Shown here piece by piece: positions 16,007 through 26,291 of a DNA stretch of 64,000 nucleotides; position 1 is the stretch's first letter, and the number at the start of each line of letters is the position of its first letter. The notes under the pieces are model-generated. The model saw only the letters and a list, made by a program, of their open reading frames with translations. It made no database searches and had not been told where the DNA came from. Source of the stretch: Patescibacteria group bacterium (GTDB lineage: Bacteria; Patescibacteriota; Patescibacteriia; Patescibacteriales; UBA12465). The stretch covers positions 197,869 through 261,868 of the forward strand of contig JBAZNJ010000001.1 in the NCBI GenBank assembly GCA_041649315.1, in the 5' to 3' direction. The translations under genes and the position numbers were made by a program.

Positions 16007-17266
16007 TTATCTCGGCATTATCTTATTCCATAATCCTTTAATCTTTTCGGATAAACCAGAGAATTTCCTAAATTTATCCCCTAAGCCGCCGCTATCCGCT
16101 TCTAAATTATTCCCCCATAAAACCAACCCCAAAGCCGTTAAAAATTCCGGATTTTTTACTTTATCGATTACTAAATTTATATTTTTAGCTGCGCCGAGCG
16201 CCGCTGGCAACCGTAATTTCTTTTTCGCCACTTCTACCAAACCATCTAATTCCGCACCGCCACCGACAAAAATTACGCCAGCGGGGAGTAGGCCGGACCG
16301 ATCAATCCGTTTAAATTCTCCATCAACTTTATCAAAAATCTCTTCAACTCGAGCATTGATTATTTCCGCTAAATATTTACGAGAAATCGCGCTAATATCG
16401 TCATTAACCTCTTCTTCCTTGACTAATTGGCTCACATCAATCTCTTCTTTTTTGTCAACATCTTCCGCGGCCGCCGTGCCGTATTCGGCCTTAATCCGTT
16501 CCGCTAAATTAATCGGACAACGTAAACCAATCGCGATATCGGAAGTAATATGTTCGGCGCCAATCGGTAAAACCGCGGTATGGATAAGGTTTCTTTCCTC
16601 ATAAACCGCTAAGGAGGTCGTTGACGATCCTAAATTTATCAAAGCCACGCCTAACTCTTTTTGTTTTGAGCTTAAAACCGCTTCGGCCGCGGCAATCGGC
16701 GCGATTACCAAATCTTCAATTTCTAGGCCCGTGCGGTAAATTGCCTTAGTTAAATTCTTGATCTGAGTGCTTAAACCCTGGACAATCAAGGTTTCTACTT
16801 CTAAACGGATACCGTTCATGCCGATCGGATCTTTAATATCGCCCTGGTTATCAACGCTAAATTTTATAGGAATAACATGGAGAATCTCATAATTAACCGG
16901 CACCGCTAAAGCCCGAGCCGCTTCAATCGCCCGATTTATATCATTTTCGCTTATTTCTCCATCACTCCGGCCGACTGCTACTACTCCCTTAGAATGATCA
17001 CATTTAATATGGGGGTCATTAATACTGACCCAAACGCGACTAATCGGCACGCCAACTAAACGTTCGGCTTTTTCTAAAACTGCGGAAATAGATGAAGTCG
17101 TCTCTTCAATACTGTTGACCACGCCACGGCTAACGCCAATAGTCGGCCCGGAAACCGCCCCGATTATCTGTAATTCATTTCCGGCCGGTCCGGCAATTCT
17201 TTGCCCGACAACCAGGCGAATCGAGGTTGAGCCGATATCCAAACCGGCAATAATATTGTCTTTCAT
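16007..17266 (-). CDS. ftsA: cell division protein FtsA
   Basis: Actin-like ATPase. AGLDIGSTSIRLVV phosphate-1 motif, 419 aa, 12 nt upstream of ftsZ. Confidence 0.95.
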   Translation of the reverse strand: MKDNIIAGLDIGSTSIRLVVGQRIAGPAGNELQIIGAVSGPTIGVSRGVVNSIEETTSSISAVLEKAERLVGVPISRVWVSINDPHIKCDHSKGVVAVGRSDGEISENDINRAIEAARALAVPVNYEILHVIPIKFSVDNQGDIKDPIGMNGIRLEVETLIVQGLSTQIKNLTKAIYRTGLEIEDLVIAPIAAAEAVLSSKQKELGVALINLGSSTTSLAVYEERNLIHTAVLPIGAEHITSDIAIGLRCPINLAERIKAEYGTAAAEDVDKKEEIDVSQLVKEEEVNDDISAISRKYLAEIINARVEEIFDKVDGEFKRIDRSGLLPAGVIFVGGGAELDGLVEVAKKKLRLPAALGAAKNINLVIDKVKNPEFLTALGLVLWGNNLEADSGGLGDKFRKFSGLSEKIKGLWNKIMPR

Positions 17267-17446
17267 GTGATTAAATCCCTGATAAAGGGCCTAAAAGTTA
17301 ATAAAAGGGAAAAGAATATTATAATAAATTATAATAAAAATAACGCCAAACAATCGTTATTTATATTATACAAAATTTAGAGAAATTTAACAATTGTTTT
17401 AGGTCTGAATTTTATCCAATCACCCCCTAACCCTTCCTAAATCTTC

Positions 17447-18211
17447 CTAAACCAGTCCTAAATACCAAGTAATCAAGCGTTCCCCCCAAATTAAGGCAAT
17501 AATCGCTCCTAAAGCCAAAAACGGCCCCAAGGCAATCCGGGATTTCCAACCCTTCTTCCGGCCGGCCAGGAGGATTAAAGCACTTAGAGCCCCAACCCCG
17601 TAGGCCAGAATCAATATTAATAGTAATTGCCCGGCACTAGGATAAGCCGCGCCTAAAAACAAGCCCAGCCAAATATCGCCTTCGCCGATTCCTCTTTTTT
17701 TGGTTAAAAAATACTGAATCAAGAAAAAAGCGGCGCCAGAAGCGGCAAAAATCAAAAGAGAAATCCAGGAAACACCAAGCAAAAAATTAAGAATAAAAAT
17801 AACTGCGGTTAACGGCCAGACCAAATTCATAGGCACGAGCTGCCAGCGAAAATCATAAACGAAAATTATGATTAAAGTACTGATTAAAATCCAATCGCGC
17901 GCCAAAAGAAGGGAGAATTGAGGCTGATTAAAAACTGAGCGGAAACTTAGGAGAAAAAGAAACGCGGTGATTAATTCAACTAAAGGATATTGCCAAGAAA
18001 TTTTCTTCCGACAATGCCGGCAACGGCCGCCGAGCGCAATAAAACTCAAAACCGGAATATTGTCGTACCAGGCGATGGCCTGCCGGCATTTCGGACAATA
18101 GGAACGACCAGCGATCGTTTCATTTTCATGTAAACGCCAAAGCAGACAATTTAAAAAACTGCCGATTATCAAACCAAAAATAAAAACAAAAATTTCCGGT
18201 AAAATTATCAT
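17447..18211 (-). CDS. pilD: prepilin peptidase (A24 family, PilD-like)
   Basis: Zn-binding N-terminal segment CPKCRQ...CRHCRKKISWQYPLVE, a polytopic membrane domain and a GEGD aspartyl motif. Confidence 0.9.
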   Translation of the reverse strand: MIILPEIFVFIFGLIIGSFLNCLLWRLHENETIAGRSYCPKCRQAIAWYDNIPVLSFIALGGRCRHCRKKISWQYPLVELITAFLFLLSFRSVFNQPQFSLLLARDWILISTLIIIFVYDFRWQLVPMNLVWPLTAVIFILNFLLGVSWISLLIFAASGAAFFLIQYFLTKKRGIGEGDIWLGLFLGAAYPSAGQLLLILILAYGVGALSALILLAGRKKGWKSRIALGPFLALGAIIALIWGERLITWYLGLV

Positions 18212-18221
18212 AAATAAAAAA

Positions 18222-20879
18222 TTAATAATTTAATAACCATTCATCAGATTTCTCTATTTCTTCTAACCTTTCTATTTCTCCTAAACCATATTCTTTTTCC
18301 AGTTCCTTTATTTCCTTCTTATCCGGGGCTAATTCTAAAGCCCGATCAAGGTATTCGCCGGCATTCTTTAAATCGCCGCTCTCATAATACAAGGCCGCTA
18401 AAGCGACCAGCCAATTATAATCTTTTGGATTACGCGCTAAACCATGCTGATTATATTTAATCGCGGTGGCTAAATCGCCGCGACGATAATAAGTATCAGC
18501 GATATTTTTTAAAACCGTGAAATCAAAAGGGTTATGGCTATAAGCCAAGCGATAATATTTTTCTGCTGCCGGCCAATCACCGGCCGCGTCAAAAAGTTTA
18601 GCCATCTTATAATAAGCTAAATAATAATATTGCCGAGCCAATCTTTGGTGTAGATCGTCAAAAGGGTATTCTTCAATTTTCGGTAAATTTAAAAGCAAAA
18701 GATTATAAGCGGCCAGAGCTTTCCCGGGTTCACCGGCGGCCGCGGCAGATTTTCCAGCCTCCAGATATACTATCGGCCAATAAGGACTAATTTCTATAAT
18801 TTGTTCTATATATTTGTTGGCGGCGGAAAAATCCGACAAAGCAATATTGATCCGCGCTTTAGCTAACAAATTTCGATATCCCTGTTCCGGCATAAGCTCC
18901 CTTAAATTTTCCAACTCCAAGCGTATTTTATTCTTTAAAATTATATTTGAAGTCGCCGGATAAAGTTCGCTTAAACGATTAGCTAAAGAAATATCATAAA
19001 TCACCTGATTAAAAGGGTTAATCTTAAGCTCACGCAAATTATTTACTAAAATCAAAGCGAAAAAATGATTATTTTCTTCGGCCTTGGCCGCCGAATTAAA
19101 ATAAATCTCATTTAAATAATAGTCGGCAATCAACTCTTTAAAAGCGCGCTTCACGGGGATAGCCGCCGCGATTATTATTACAACAACCGCGATAATTTTT
19201 ATTATCATTCCTTTCCAGCTGGCTTTATCTGTCTGATTTTCAACCGGCTGATTAAGTAAAAAGCCTCCCTCAATTTCGTTTTCTATCCTTGTTAAAAAAT
19301 TAATAACAACTAATAGTGCAATAAAAAGCCAAAAATAAATTTCCCCGGCCACTATGGCAAAGCTAAATAAAAGCGATAAAAGATAGGCCAATAAACCGAA
19401 AGCTAAAGCTAAAGATAATATTTTATCTCTCTGTCCGGCTTGATTTATTTCAAAATTTTGATTTATCCCAAGATTATCTCCGGTTTTTATTTTAAGATTA
19501 TCTCGAATCAAAGAAAAAATAAAATAATATAAAAGAAGAAAAAGTATTAAGCCGTAAAAACCCGCATTTATTAAAATATCCAAGACAAGATTATGAGCCC
19601 GATCAGCAGATTGCCCGACATCGCCGGCAATCGCCCAATCTGGCTCGTAATAACGGATAAAAACCTCAGTACCGCTCTCCAGGCCATAACCAAAAATCGG
19701 GCGGCGGCTAATCGCATCGGCGGCGGCGGAATAAAGACCGGCGCGCACGGCAACGCTCCCAGATTTAAAATCTAAAAGAGAGGAAACCCGATTCGGCAGA
19801 AAATGATTAAGCGCTACTAAGAATATAGCCGCTAATCCTAAAAAAAATAAAATAATAATAACTTTTTTTCGACGCGACCGCCAGGAAAAGAGAAAAAATA
19901 AAAGAAATAAAAAAACGGCTAAAAAAAGCGCTAAAAGTCCGCCGCGACTAGCTGTTAAAAATAAAGCTGACAACTGGATCAATAAAACTAAAATAAAAAA
20001 AATCCGACCGCTTGAACGACGACTATTGAATAAGCAATAAAAACTCAAAGGAATAACTAATAAGAGCCAGGACGCTAAAAAATTAGGCTGGCCAAGAGAA
20101 GAAAAAATCCGCTTGGTTAAAAACGGCGGCTCCGGCCAGGTTAAAAAATCAATATTTAAAAACTGTAAAATTCCATAAACTGAAACCACTAGGCCGGATA
20201 AAACCGCACTGATAATAATTCGTCTGATATTTTTCCGGACTGTTTTCTCTGATTTTTTATTCACTTTTAATCCTTCCTCATCCGACTTGCATCCCGTTTC
20301 TTCGCGTTTATTAACCGTTAAAACATTAAATCCGACCAAAATAAACCACAAAAAATAATAAAAATGATTTCTTAACCCGGCTTGGCGCTCTAAAGAACCA
20401 TAGAAAGATCGGAGCGGATCATCGGAAATAAATAGTGTTAAAGACAGACCGACAATAAAAATTATCGGTATTAGCCAATACTTCTTAAAAAACTCTCGCG
20501 GCGAAACTCTTAAGCGCGGCGGATAAAAAATAATTTTTATTACCGTCAGTGCTCCTAAAATACTTAAAAGAATCCGAAATAAGATCATTTTATTAAATTC
20601 AAAAATATGGTAAGTCGGAAAAAAATAAGCGAACCAAAGCGGAATAAAAAAAATCACCGCCAAATAAGCGCTTTCGATTAAAAAATCCAGGACGCGGCGA
20701 CCGGAAAACCCACGTCGCTTGATCGAAGCGCGTAGATCAGAAAATTCGCGCCGGACAGGCGAAACACGTAAAAAAAATAGTAAAGATTGTCGGATTTTCA
20801 TAGCTTTAGGGCTATCATTAAATATTTTTTGAGTATTAAATGATAATCCTATTATACCAAATAAAAAAGGGGCGAACAA
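18222..20879 (-). CDS. polytopic O-antigen-ligase-like (Wzy_C) membrane protein with a C-terminal TPR domain
   Basis: 885 aa with more than 10 TM helices. The C-terminal ~300 aa carry TPR-like repeats (AGDWPAAEKYYRLAYSHNP, RGDLATAIKYNQHGLARNP, SGDLKNAGEYLDRALELAP). The start is uncertain (alternative M27 at 20801). Confidence 0.75.
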   Translation of the reverse strand: MFAPFLFGIIGLSFNTQKIFNDSPKAMKIRQSLLFFLRVSPVRREFSDLRASIKRRGFSGRRVLDFLIESAYLAVIFFIPLWFAYFFPTYHIFEFNKMILFRILLSILGALTVIKIIFYPPRLRVSPREFFKKYWLIPIIFIVGLSLTLFISDDPLRSFYGSLERQAGLRNHFYYFLWFILVGFNVLTVNKREETGCKSDEEGLKVNKKSEKTVRKNIRRIIISAVLSGLVVSVYGILQFLNIDFLTWPEPPFLTKRIFSSLGQPNFLASWLLLVIPLSFYCLFNSRRSSGRIFFILVLLIQLSALFLTASRGGLLALFLAVFLFLLFFLFSWRSRRKKVIIILFFLGLAAIFLVALNHFLPNRVSSLLDFKSGSVAVRAGLYSAAADAISRRPIFGYGLESGTEVFIRYYEPDWAIAGDVGQSADRAHNLVLDILINAGFYGLILFLLLYYFIFSLIRDNLKIKTGDNLGINQNFEINQAGQRDKILSLALAFGLLAYLLSLLFSFAIVAGEIYFWLFIALLVVINFLTRIENEIEGGFLLNQPVENQTDKASWKGMIIKIIAVVVIIIAAAIPVKRAFKELIADYYLNEIYFNSAAKAEENNHFFALILVNNLRELKINPFNQVIYDISLANRLSELYPATSNIILKNKIRLELENLRELMPEQGYRNLLAKARINIALSDFSAANKYIEQIIEISPYWPIVYLEAGKSAAAAGEPGKALAAYNLLLLNLPKIEEYPFDDLHQRLARQYYYLAYYKMAKLFDAAGDWPAAEKYYRLAYSHNPFDFTVLKNIADTYYRRGDLATAIKYNQHGLARNPKDYNWLVALAALYYESGDLKNAGEYLDRALELAPDKKEIKELEKEYGLGEIERLEEIEKSDEWLLNY

Positions 20880-20966
20880 ACCGCCTCTTTTCTAAAATAA
20901 AACAATTATTTTTAAATTCTTTCTAAACCTCTGTCCGTATTAATCTTATCGGTAAACAAATACTAA

Positions 20967-21881
20967 TTATGATTTTCGGGCCCGCCGAACCAAATTATCC
21001 CAAATCACCAAAACCGGACTAGCCACAAAAATCGAGCTATAAGTTCCGATAAAAATACCGATTGCGAGCGCTAACGCAAAATCTTTAATAGTCGCCCCGC
21101 CAAGAAATATAATCGCCAATAAAACTAAAATCGAGGAGGCGGAAGTATTGATCGAGCGAGACAAGGTTTGATTAACACTGCGATTAACCGTATTTTCAAA
21201 ATCCTCCCGACTATTAGGCAGATTTTCTCGGATCCGATCAAAAACGATTATCGTATCATTAACACTATAACCTAACACTGTTAAAATAGCGGCGATAAAA
21301 GGCGTATTTATTTCCGTGCCGTAAAAATGGCCCAAAAGCGAAAAAACTCCTAAGGTTATAAGGACATCATGCGTTAAGGCGATAATCGCTGTAACGCCAT
21401 ATTTCCAGGAAGCAACCGGTTTTGATACTTTTCGAAAAACCGCGGAAATATAAATGATAATCATGATTAAAACAATAAATCCGGCATTAAACGATTTGCT
21501 TTTTAATTCCTGACCGATTGCCGGCCCGACCGCGTCTAAGCGCAATTCCCGAAAAGACGCTTCTTCTTTTCCGGAAATTAAGGTTTCTATACCGCTTAAC
21601 GCCGCTTGATGCGCTTCTTCCGTATCTTCTTTAAAACGTAAAATAAAAGAATCTTCGGTCGGCTGGATAACTAAGTTATGGAGACCGGCCGCGCCTAAAT
21701 TATCCTGGATTTCAGCGATTGTCGGCTGGTAACCGGTAAACTCGACTTCAAGCAAACTGCCGCCGCGGAAATCAACGCCGAAATTTAGACCCCAAGCAAT
21801 TAAAGCCGCTATTGAAGCAACTACGGCTAAAATCGAAATGGATAGAAAAATCTTTCTTCTTTGAATTATTTTATAAATCAT
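20967..21881 (-). CDS. secF: protein-export membrane protein SecF
   Basis: GVDFRGG motif and six TM helices. The start is moved to the ATG at 21881 (MIYKIIQ), just after the secD stop. Confidence 0.9.
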   Translation of the reverse strand: MIYKIIQRRKIFLSISILAVVASIAALIAWGLNFGVDFRGGSLLEVEFTGYQPTIAEIQDNLGAAGLHNLVIQPTEDSFILRFKEDTEEAHQAALSGIETLISGKEEASFRELRLDAVGPAIGQELKSKSFNAGFIVLIMIIIYISAVFRKVSKPVASWKYGVTAIIALTHDVLITLGVFSLLGHFYGTEINTPFIAAILTVLGYSVNDTIIVFDRIRENLPNSREDFENTVNRSVNQTLSRSINTSASSILVLLAIIFLGGATIKDFALALAIGIFIGTYSSIFVASPVLVIWDNLVRRARKS

Positions 21882-21885
21882 ATGA

Positions 21886-23454
21886 TTATTTAATATTATC
21901 GGACTCAACCGGCTTCGGCCGGCGAACGCCTAAGAGCCAGGTATGCTTTTCGGCCCGACGGCCCAAGACGACCGTTAAAAGGATATGGGTAATTACAATA
22001 GAACTAAATAAGGATATGGCGATACCGATAAATAAGGCCGTACCGAAACCCTGAATCGTTGAGGAACCGAAAAACATCAAAATCAAACAGGTAATAATAG
22101 TAGAAATATTACCGTCGCGGATTGAGGGCCAGGCGCGTTTAAAGCCGTCGTCAACCGACTGCCGAACCGATTTCCCGGCCCGCAATTCTTCCCGCATCCG
22201 GGCAAAAATAAGAATATTCGCGTCAACCGCCATGCCGATAGATAAAATAAAACCCGCAATACCAGAAAGAGTTAAGGTAATCGGATTAATCGCATAAAAG
22301 AACAATAATAAGCCGATAAGCGCGAATAACAGCGCTAAGCCACCGGTAAAAATCTTAAGCTCGCTAAAAATATAAAAAATCAAACCGATAATGATTAAAA
22401 CGATAATCAGAGCTATCCAAACCGGCAGAGCTTTAAAAATAGCTAAAACCGTTAAGCCATAAACCGCTAAAGAAAAAACTGATAGGAGACCGGGTAAGCG
22501 ATAATACAAGATCATGAATAGAGAAACGAGTAATAAACCGATTAAACCGGCCGTTAAACTATTATTAATAGATTTTGAACCTAAGCTCGCTTCCACGGTT
22601 TTCTGAGATACTAAAGAAATAGGTACCGGCAAAGCTCCGGAATTCAGGCGCTTCACTAATAATTTTGCTTCTTCTAAATTAAAATTACCGGAAATAATCG
22701 CACTGCCGCCGGTAATCTTATCATTTACGGTCGGAGCGCTGATAATATAGCCATCAAGGAAAATTGCTACTGGCTTGCCGATATTACGGCCGGTGATATC
22801 TTCGAATAATTGCGCCCCTTCGGCGTTAAACTCTAAAGAAACTTCGGGCGAACTGTCGTTCGGATTAAATTGGACCGAAGCACGTTTCAAATATTTTCCG
22901 GTAAGCTCGGTATTCTTCCATTCTTCTCCTAAGTCAATATTTATTTCTCCGGACTCGGGATCAAGGGTCTGCTCTGAGCTCTGTTCTGCGGCTTCCTTAA
23001 ATTCTAAAATCGGGGTCTCGCCAATCATCTTAATTGCTTCGTCAATATCTTTTATTCCGGCTAGTTCCGCAATAATCCGATAATCACCACTCGCATTCCG
23101 GTTAACCTGGACCAGGGGCTCGCTAACGCCAAAAGCGTTAACGCGCCGTTCAATAACATCACGCGCCGATTCTAAAGCGCCGGAGCGGTCCGCTTCCGGA
23201 ATATTGCTTACGTCTGCCTGATAAACAAGATGCGCACCGCCTTGTAAATCCAATCCTAAACTGAAAGGAATTGGATTTATTTTCGGCAAGACAACAATAT
23301 TATTGGTTTTTTCCGCTAAAACTCCGGAAAATTTATTATAGGAATCGCCAACTGTAGCTAAAGTCGTTACAATCGCAAAAACAATAATTAGGCCGAGAAT
23401 CCACCGCGCTTTGGCGCGATAAGATAAGCGGGAAAAATTTTTAGCAAGTGACAT
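21886..23454 (-). CDS. secD: protein-export membrane protein SecD
   Basis: LGLDLQGG motif, a large periplasmic-type domain and a C-terminal 6-TM bundle. Adjacent to secF. Confidence 0.9.
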   Translation of the reverse strand: MSLAKNFSRLSYRAKARWILGLIIVFAIVTTLATVGDSYNKFSGVLAEKTNNIVVLPKINPIPFSLGLDLQGGAHLVYQADVSNIPEADRSGALESARDVIERRVNAFGVSEPLVQVNRNASGDYRIIAELAGIKDIDEAIKMIGETPILEFKEAAEQSSEQTLDPESGEINIDLGEEWKNTELTGKYLKRASVQFNPNDSSPEVSLEFNAEGAQLFEDITGRNIGKPVAIFLDGYIISAPTVNDKITGGSAIISGNFNLEEAKLLVKRLNSGALPVPISLVSQKTVEASLGSKSINNSLTAGLIGLLLVSLFMILYYRLPGLLSVFSLAVYGLTVLAIFKALPVWIALIIVLIIIGLIFYIFSELKIFTGGLALLFALIGLLLFFYAINPITLTLSGIAGFILSIGMAVDANILIFARMREELRAGKSVRQSVDDGFKRAWPSIRDGNISTIITCLILMFFGSSTIQGFGTALFIGIAISLFSSIVITHILLTVVLGRRAEKHTWLLGVRRPKPVESDNIK

Positions 23455-23724
23455 AAGGTTAGATGAAAATAAGACCGAAAACCGGCCAATAAAAGATTAA
23501 TTTATAATTTTCTTAAACTTTAATATATCTTAGAACATATTAAAATAAAAATCAAGATGGACAAGTCGCAAATAAGCCACCAAAAGCCTACTTTAAAAAA
23601 GAATTGACAAAATCTTAGAAAATGCTAATTTATAGCAACAAGGCTAAAGTGATGAAATTTACTAATCTTCTGCTATTTCCCTTGTATTTGGACTTTAAAA
23701 ATTTATTCACCAAAACATAATGAA

Positions 23725-24264
23725 ATGAAAAGAAAAAGAAAAATTGCTGTAATTCTCGGATCTAAGTCCGACCTGAAACAATGTTATGACGGCCTTCTAT
23801 TCTTAAAAGAATTTGAAGAGTCGGTCTTAAAAAATACTACTATTAAAGTCTACATTCGGAGCGTACATCGTAATACTCTGTCACTTTTCGATTTACTAAA
23901 GAAATTAAGTTTATCCGGAACCGATGTAATTATCACAGCGGCCGGCTGGGCTAACCATCTAAGCGGTTGTACTGACGCTTACCTGCGCTATACTTTGCGA
24001 GCCACCAAGCCGGTGGTTGTCGGAGTATCCTTACAGGACGATGACTATCCTAAACATACTCATGCCGCGATGCTGTCGGTATCCGAGGTTCCAGGAACCC
24101 AGGTTATCTTTGCGGACGAGGGCGGACAATTTATCGGCCCAAACGGCTTTTTCCGCGCCTGTCAATTTGCTACCATGCGCCAACTTCCGGAAATAAAATT
24201 GCCGGAGCCGAAGGAAATCGCTGACCTTAACTTAGATGAAGCTTTAATAATGGCTCAATATTAA
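23725..24264 (+). CDS. divergent PurE-like (AIR carboxylase / N5-CAIR mutase fold) protein
   Basis: IAVILGSKSD, SVHRN and ITAAGWANHLSG align to the PurE motifs vaivMGSkSD, SAHRtP and iAGAGgAAHLpG. 179 aa. Confidence 0.6.
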   Translation: MKRKRKIAVILGSKSDLKQCYDGLLFLKEFEESVLKNTTIKVYIRSVHRNTLSLFDLLKKLSLSGTDVIITAAGWANHLSGCTDAYLRYTLRATKPVVVGVSLQDDDYPKHTHAAMLSVSEVPGTQVIFADEGGQFIGPNGFFRACQFATMRQLPEIKLPEPKEIADLNLDEALIMAQY

Positions 24265-24296
24265 AATATTTATTGTTTAACTAAAAAATTACTGAA

Positions 24297-25322
24297 ATGG
24301 CAAAAATTCCTCAAACAATCAAAGAAGCTGGCGCGCCGCTCGCTAAATATTTAAAGCTAAACGGGTTCCAACTGATAAACCAAGGAAAGGTAAGAGATAC
24401 CTGGGCATCGCCCGCTCAATCATTCTTATTGATGATTGCTTCGGACAGAATCAGCGCCTTCGATTTCGTACTTAACGCGCTAATTTCTAAAAAGGGCGAG
24501 GTGTTGACGGCGCTTACTCATTTTTGGCTTAATGGTCCTTTGAGCATATTCCCTAATCACCTTATGAAATCCAGGGAAATGCCGGGCGCCAATACCGCCT
24601 ATGACCTATTTAAAAATAGCTTACCGGGGCTACCTGTCGAACGTTGCTTAGTAGTAGAAAACCTGGGTGGTAAAGTTTACCCCTTCGAACTCATCTATCG
24701 CGGATACATCGGTGGATCGGTCTATAAAAAATATTTAAAAACCGGCAAGGCCGGCGGGCACGAACTGCCTCCTAATCTTCCTAAATGGTCAAAATTGAAC
24801 AAGGCAATATTTACGCCTTCGACCAAAGAAGAGGTTGGCCACGATATTAATATCGACGCTAAATATTACTATGAAAAAATGGGCGAAGAAGGGCGAGAAA
24901 CCGAAGAAATGGTTGCTCACGCCTATGCAACCGCTCATGATTACGCCGCGGCCAAAGGTATCTTAATATTAGATACTAAATTCGAAGTCGCCAGGCGCCG
25001 TATCGTCGATGAAGTCCTAACGCCGGATTCTTCTCGCTTCGCTTTGAAAGATGACTGGGAGAGAGCCATGGCGGAAAAACGGGATCCTTATTTCTACGAC
25101 AAACAACTGGTGCGCGACTGGTTAATGGGAGTCGAAACTCCTTTCGAAATTACTGGAATCAACCAGCTTGATCCAACGAATGAAGAACATCTCAAATTCG
25201 TCGGCAATCTGGAAATCCCGGAAGACATAAAAGCGGAAACTACCCGTCGCTATCTCCAAATTTTTGAATGGTTAACCGGACAAACTCTGGAGTCATATCA
25301 AAAAGAAAAAATGGGGGTATAG
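24297..25322 (+). CDS. purC: phosphoribosylaminoimidazole-succinocarboxamide (SAICAR) synthase, long form
   Basis: GKVRDTW, IASDRISAFD, ILILDTKFE and TPDSSRF motifs. 341 aa. Confidence 0.85.
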   Translation: MAKIPQTIKEAGAPLAKYLKLNGFQLINQGKVRDTWASPAQSFLLMIASDRISAFDFVLNALISKKGEVLTALTHFWLNGPLSIFPNHLMKSREMPGANTAYDLFKNSLPGLPVERCLVVENLGGKVYPFELIYRGYIGGSVYKKYLKTGKAGGHELPPNLPKWSKLNKAIFTPSTKEEVGHDINIDAKYYYEKMGEEGRETEEMVAHAYATAHDYAAAKGILILDTKFEVARRRIVDEVLTPDSSRFALKDDWERAMAEKRDPYFYDKQLVRDWLMGVETPFEITGINQLDPTNEEHLKFVGNLEIPEDIKAETTRRYLQIFEWLTGQTLESYQKEKMGV

Positions 25323-25341
25323 AAATAAAAAAAATAAAAAA

Positions 25342-25369
25342 AGACCATTCTGCCAGAATGGTCTTTTCA
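25342..25369 (+). terminator. rho-independent terminator after purC
   Basis: AGACCATTCT-GCC-AGAATGGTCT hairpin followed by TTTCATTT. Confidence 0.75.
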
Positions 25370-25491
25370 TTTAACAAGGGCTGCTTTGACTTCAGTTTTC
25401 CTAATTACATACTCCTTTACAAAACCCCCTATTTTATTTATAATAATTTTACCCTTGATTACTATAATTTTTAAAATTAAACCCTAAAAAT

Positions 25492-26073
25492 ATGTCAATA
25501 ATTCCTACCGTTATTGAAAAAGACGGCCAAACCGAGCGGGCCTATGATATCTATTCCCGCCTCTTAAAAGACCGGATTATCTTCTTAGGCGAGCCGATTG
25601 ACGACCATGTCGCCAATATCGTTATTGCCCAATTCCTTTTTCTCGATGCCGAAAACAAAGACGCGGACATTAAATTCTACATCAACTCACCCGGCGGCTC
25701 GGTTTCGGCCGGCCTGGCGATTTACGATACGATGCAATACATAAAATCCGATGTCTCAACGATTTGCGTCGGGTTGGCCGCCTCCATGGCTTCAGTCCTG
25801 CTTGCCGCCGGAAAACCGGGGAAACGCTTTGCTCTACCTAATAGCGAAATCATGATCCATCAAGTCATGGGCGGCGCCGAAGGCCAGGCCTCGGACATTA
25901 AAATCCGCGCGGAACATATCTTAAAAACTAAAGATAAGATGAATAAAATCTTAGCATCCCATACCGGACAAAAAGTCGCAACCGTGGAAAACGATAGTGA
26001 TCGCGACCGCTATATGAGCGCAGAGGAAGCCAGGGCCTACGGCATTATTGATAAAATAATCTCTAAAAAATAA
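25492..26073 (+). CDS. clpP: ATP-dependent Clp protease proteolytic subunit
   Basis: [19 protein letters not shown] and the catalytic Ser (GLAASMAS), His (MIHQ) and Asp (DRDRYM) contexts. 193 aa. Confidence 0.97.
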   Translation: MSIIPTVIEKDGQTERAYDIYSRLLKDRIIFLGEPIDDHVANIVIAQFLFLDAENKDADIKFYINSPGGSVSAGLAIYDTMQYIKSDVSTICVGLAASMASVLLAAGKPGKRFALPNSEIMIHQVMGGAEGQASDIKIRAEHILKTKDKMNKILASHTGQKVATVENDSDRDRYMSAEEARAYGIIDKIISKK

Positions 26074-26174
26074 AACACGCGGGAATAAAGCATGTGTCGA
26101 CCGTTTTCACGAAATATATAATCCCGCTTTCATAAAACGTAAACAACTATTCTTATAACCAGCTCTAAATATCA

Positions 26175-26206
26175 AAAAAACGCTCGTGCTTAGACGAGCG
26201 TTTTGT
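26175..26206. terminator. bidirectional rho-independent terminator (clpP on +, surface locus on -)
   Basis: CGCTCGT-GCTTAG-ACGAGCG hairpin flanked by A7 upstream and T4 downstream, so a T-run follows the hairpin on both strands. Confidence 0.75.
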
Positions 26207-26291
26207 TATGAAAAATTTATGATAATTAATCGGATAACGGAACATGAGGTGGCGCTCAAAGTCCTACCTCTTAGCCCCGCGTCCAATCCAC

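Noticed and set aside
15888-16604. A 238-aa plus-strand ORF antisense to ftsZ/ftsA, and similar antisense ORFs over ftsE, the DD-carboxypeptidase, secD, nrd and the helicase.
   Set aside because: The opposite strand encodes unmistakable conserved proteins. The antisense translations are low-complexity Ser/Pro/Ile-rich sequences.
26211-26291. A GAGGTGGCGCTCAAAGTCCTACCTC hairpin with an 'AAAGTCC' string reminiscent of the RNase P P4 motif.
   Set aside because: The non-coding space is only ~80-200 nt, there is no matching 3' P4 strand, and the motif is not followed by GGGC. It is most likely just 3'-UTR structure.
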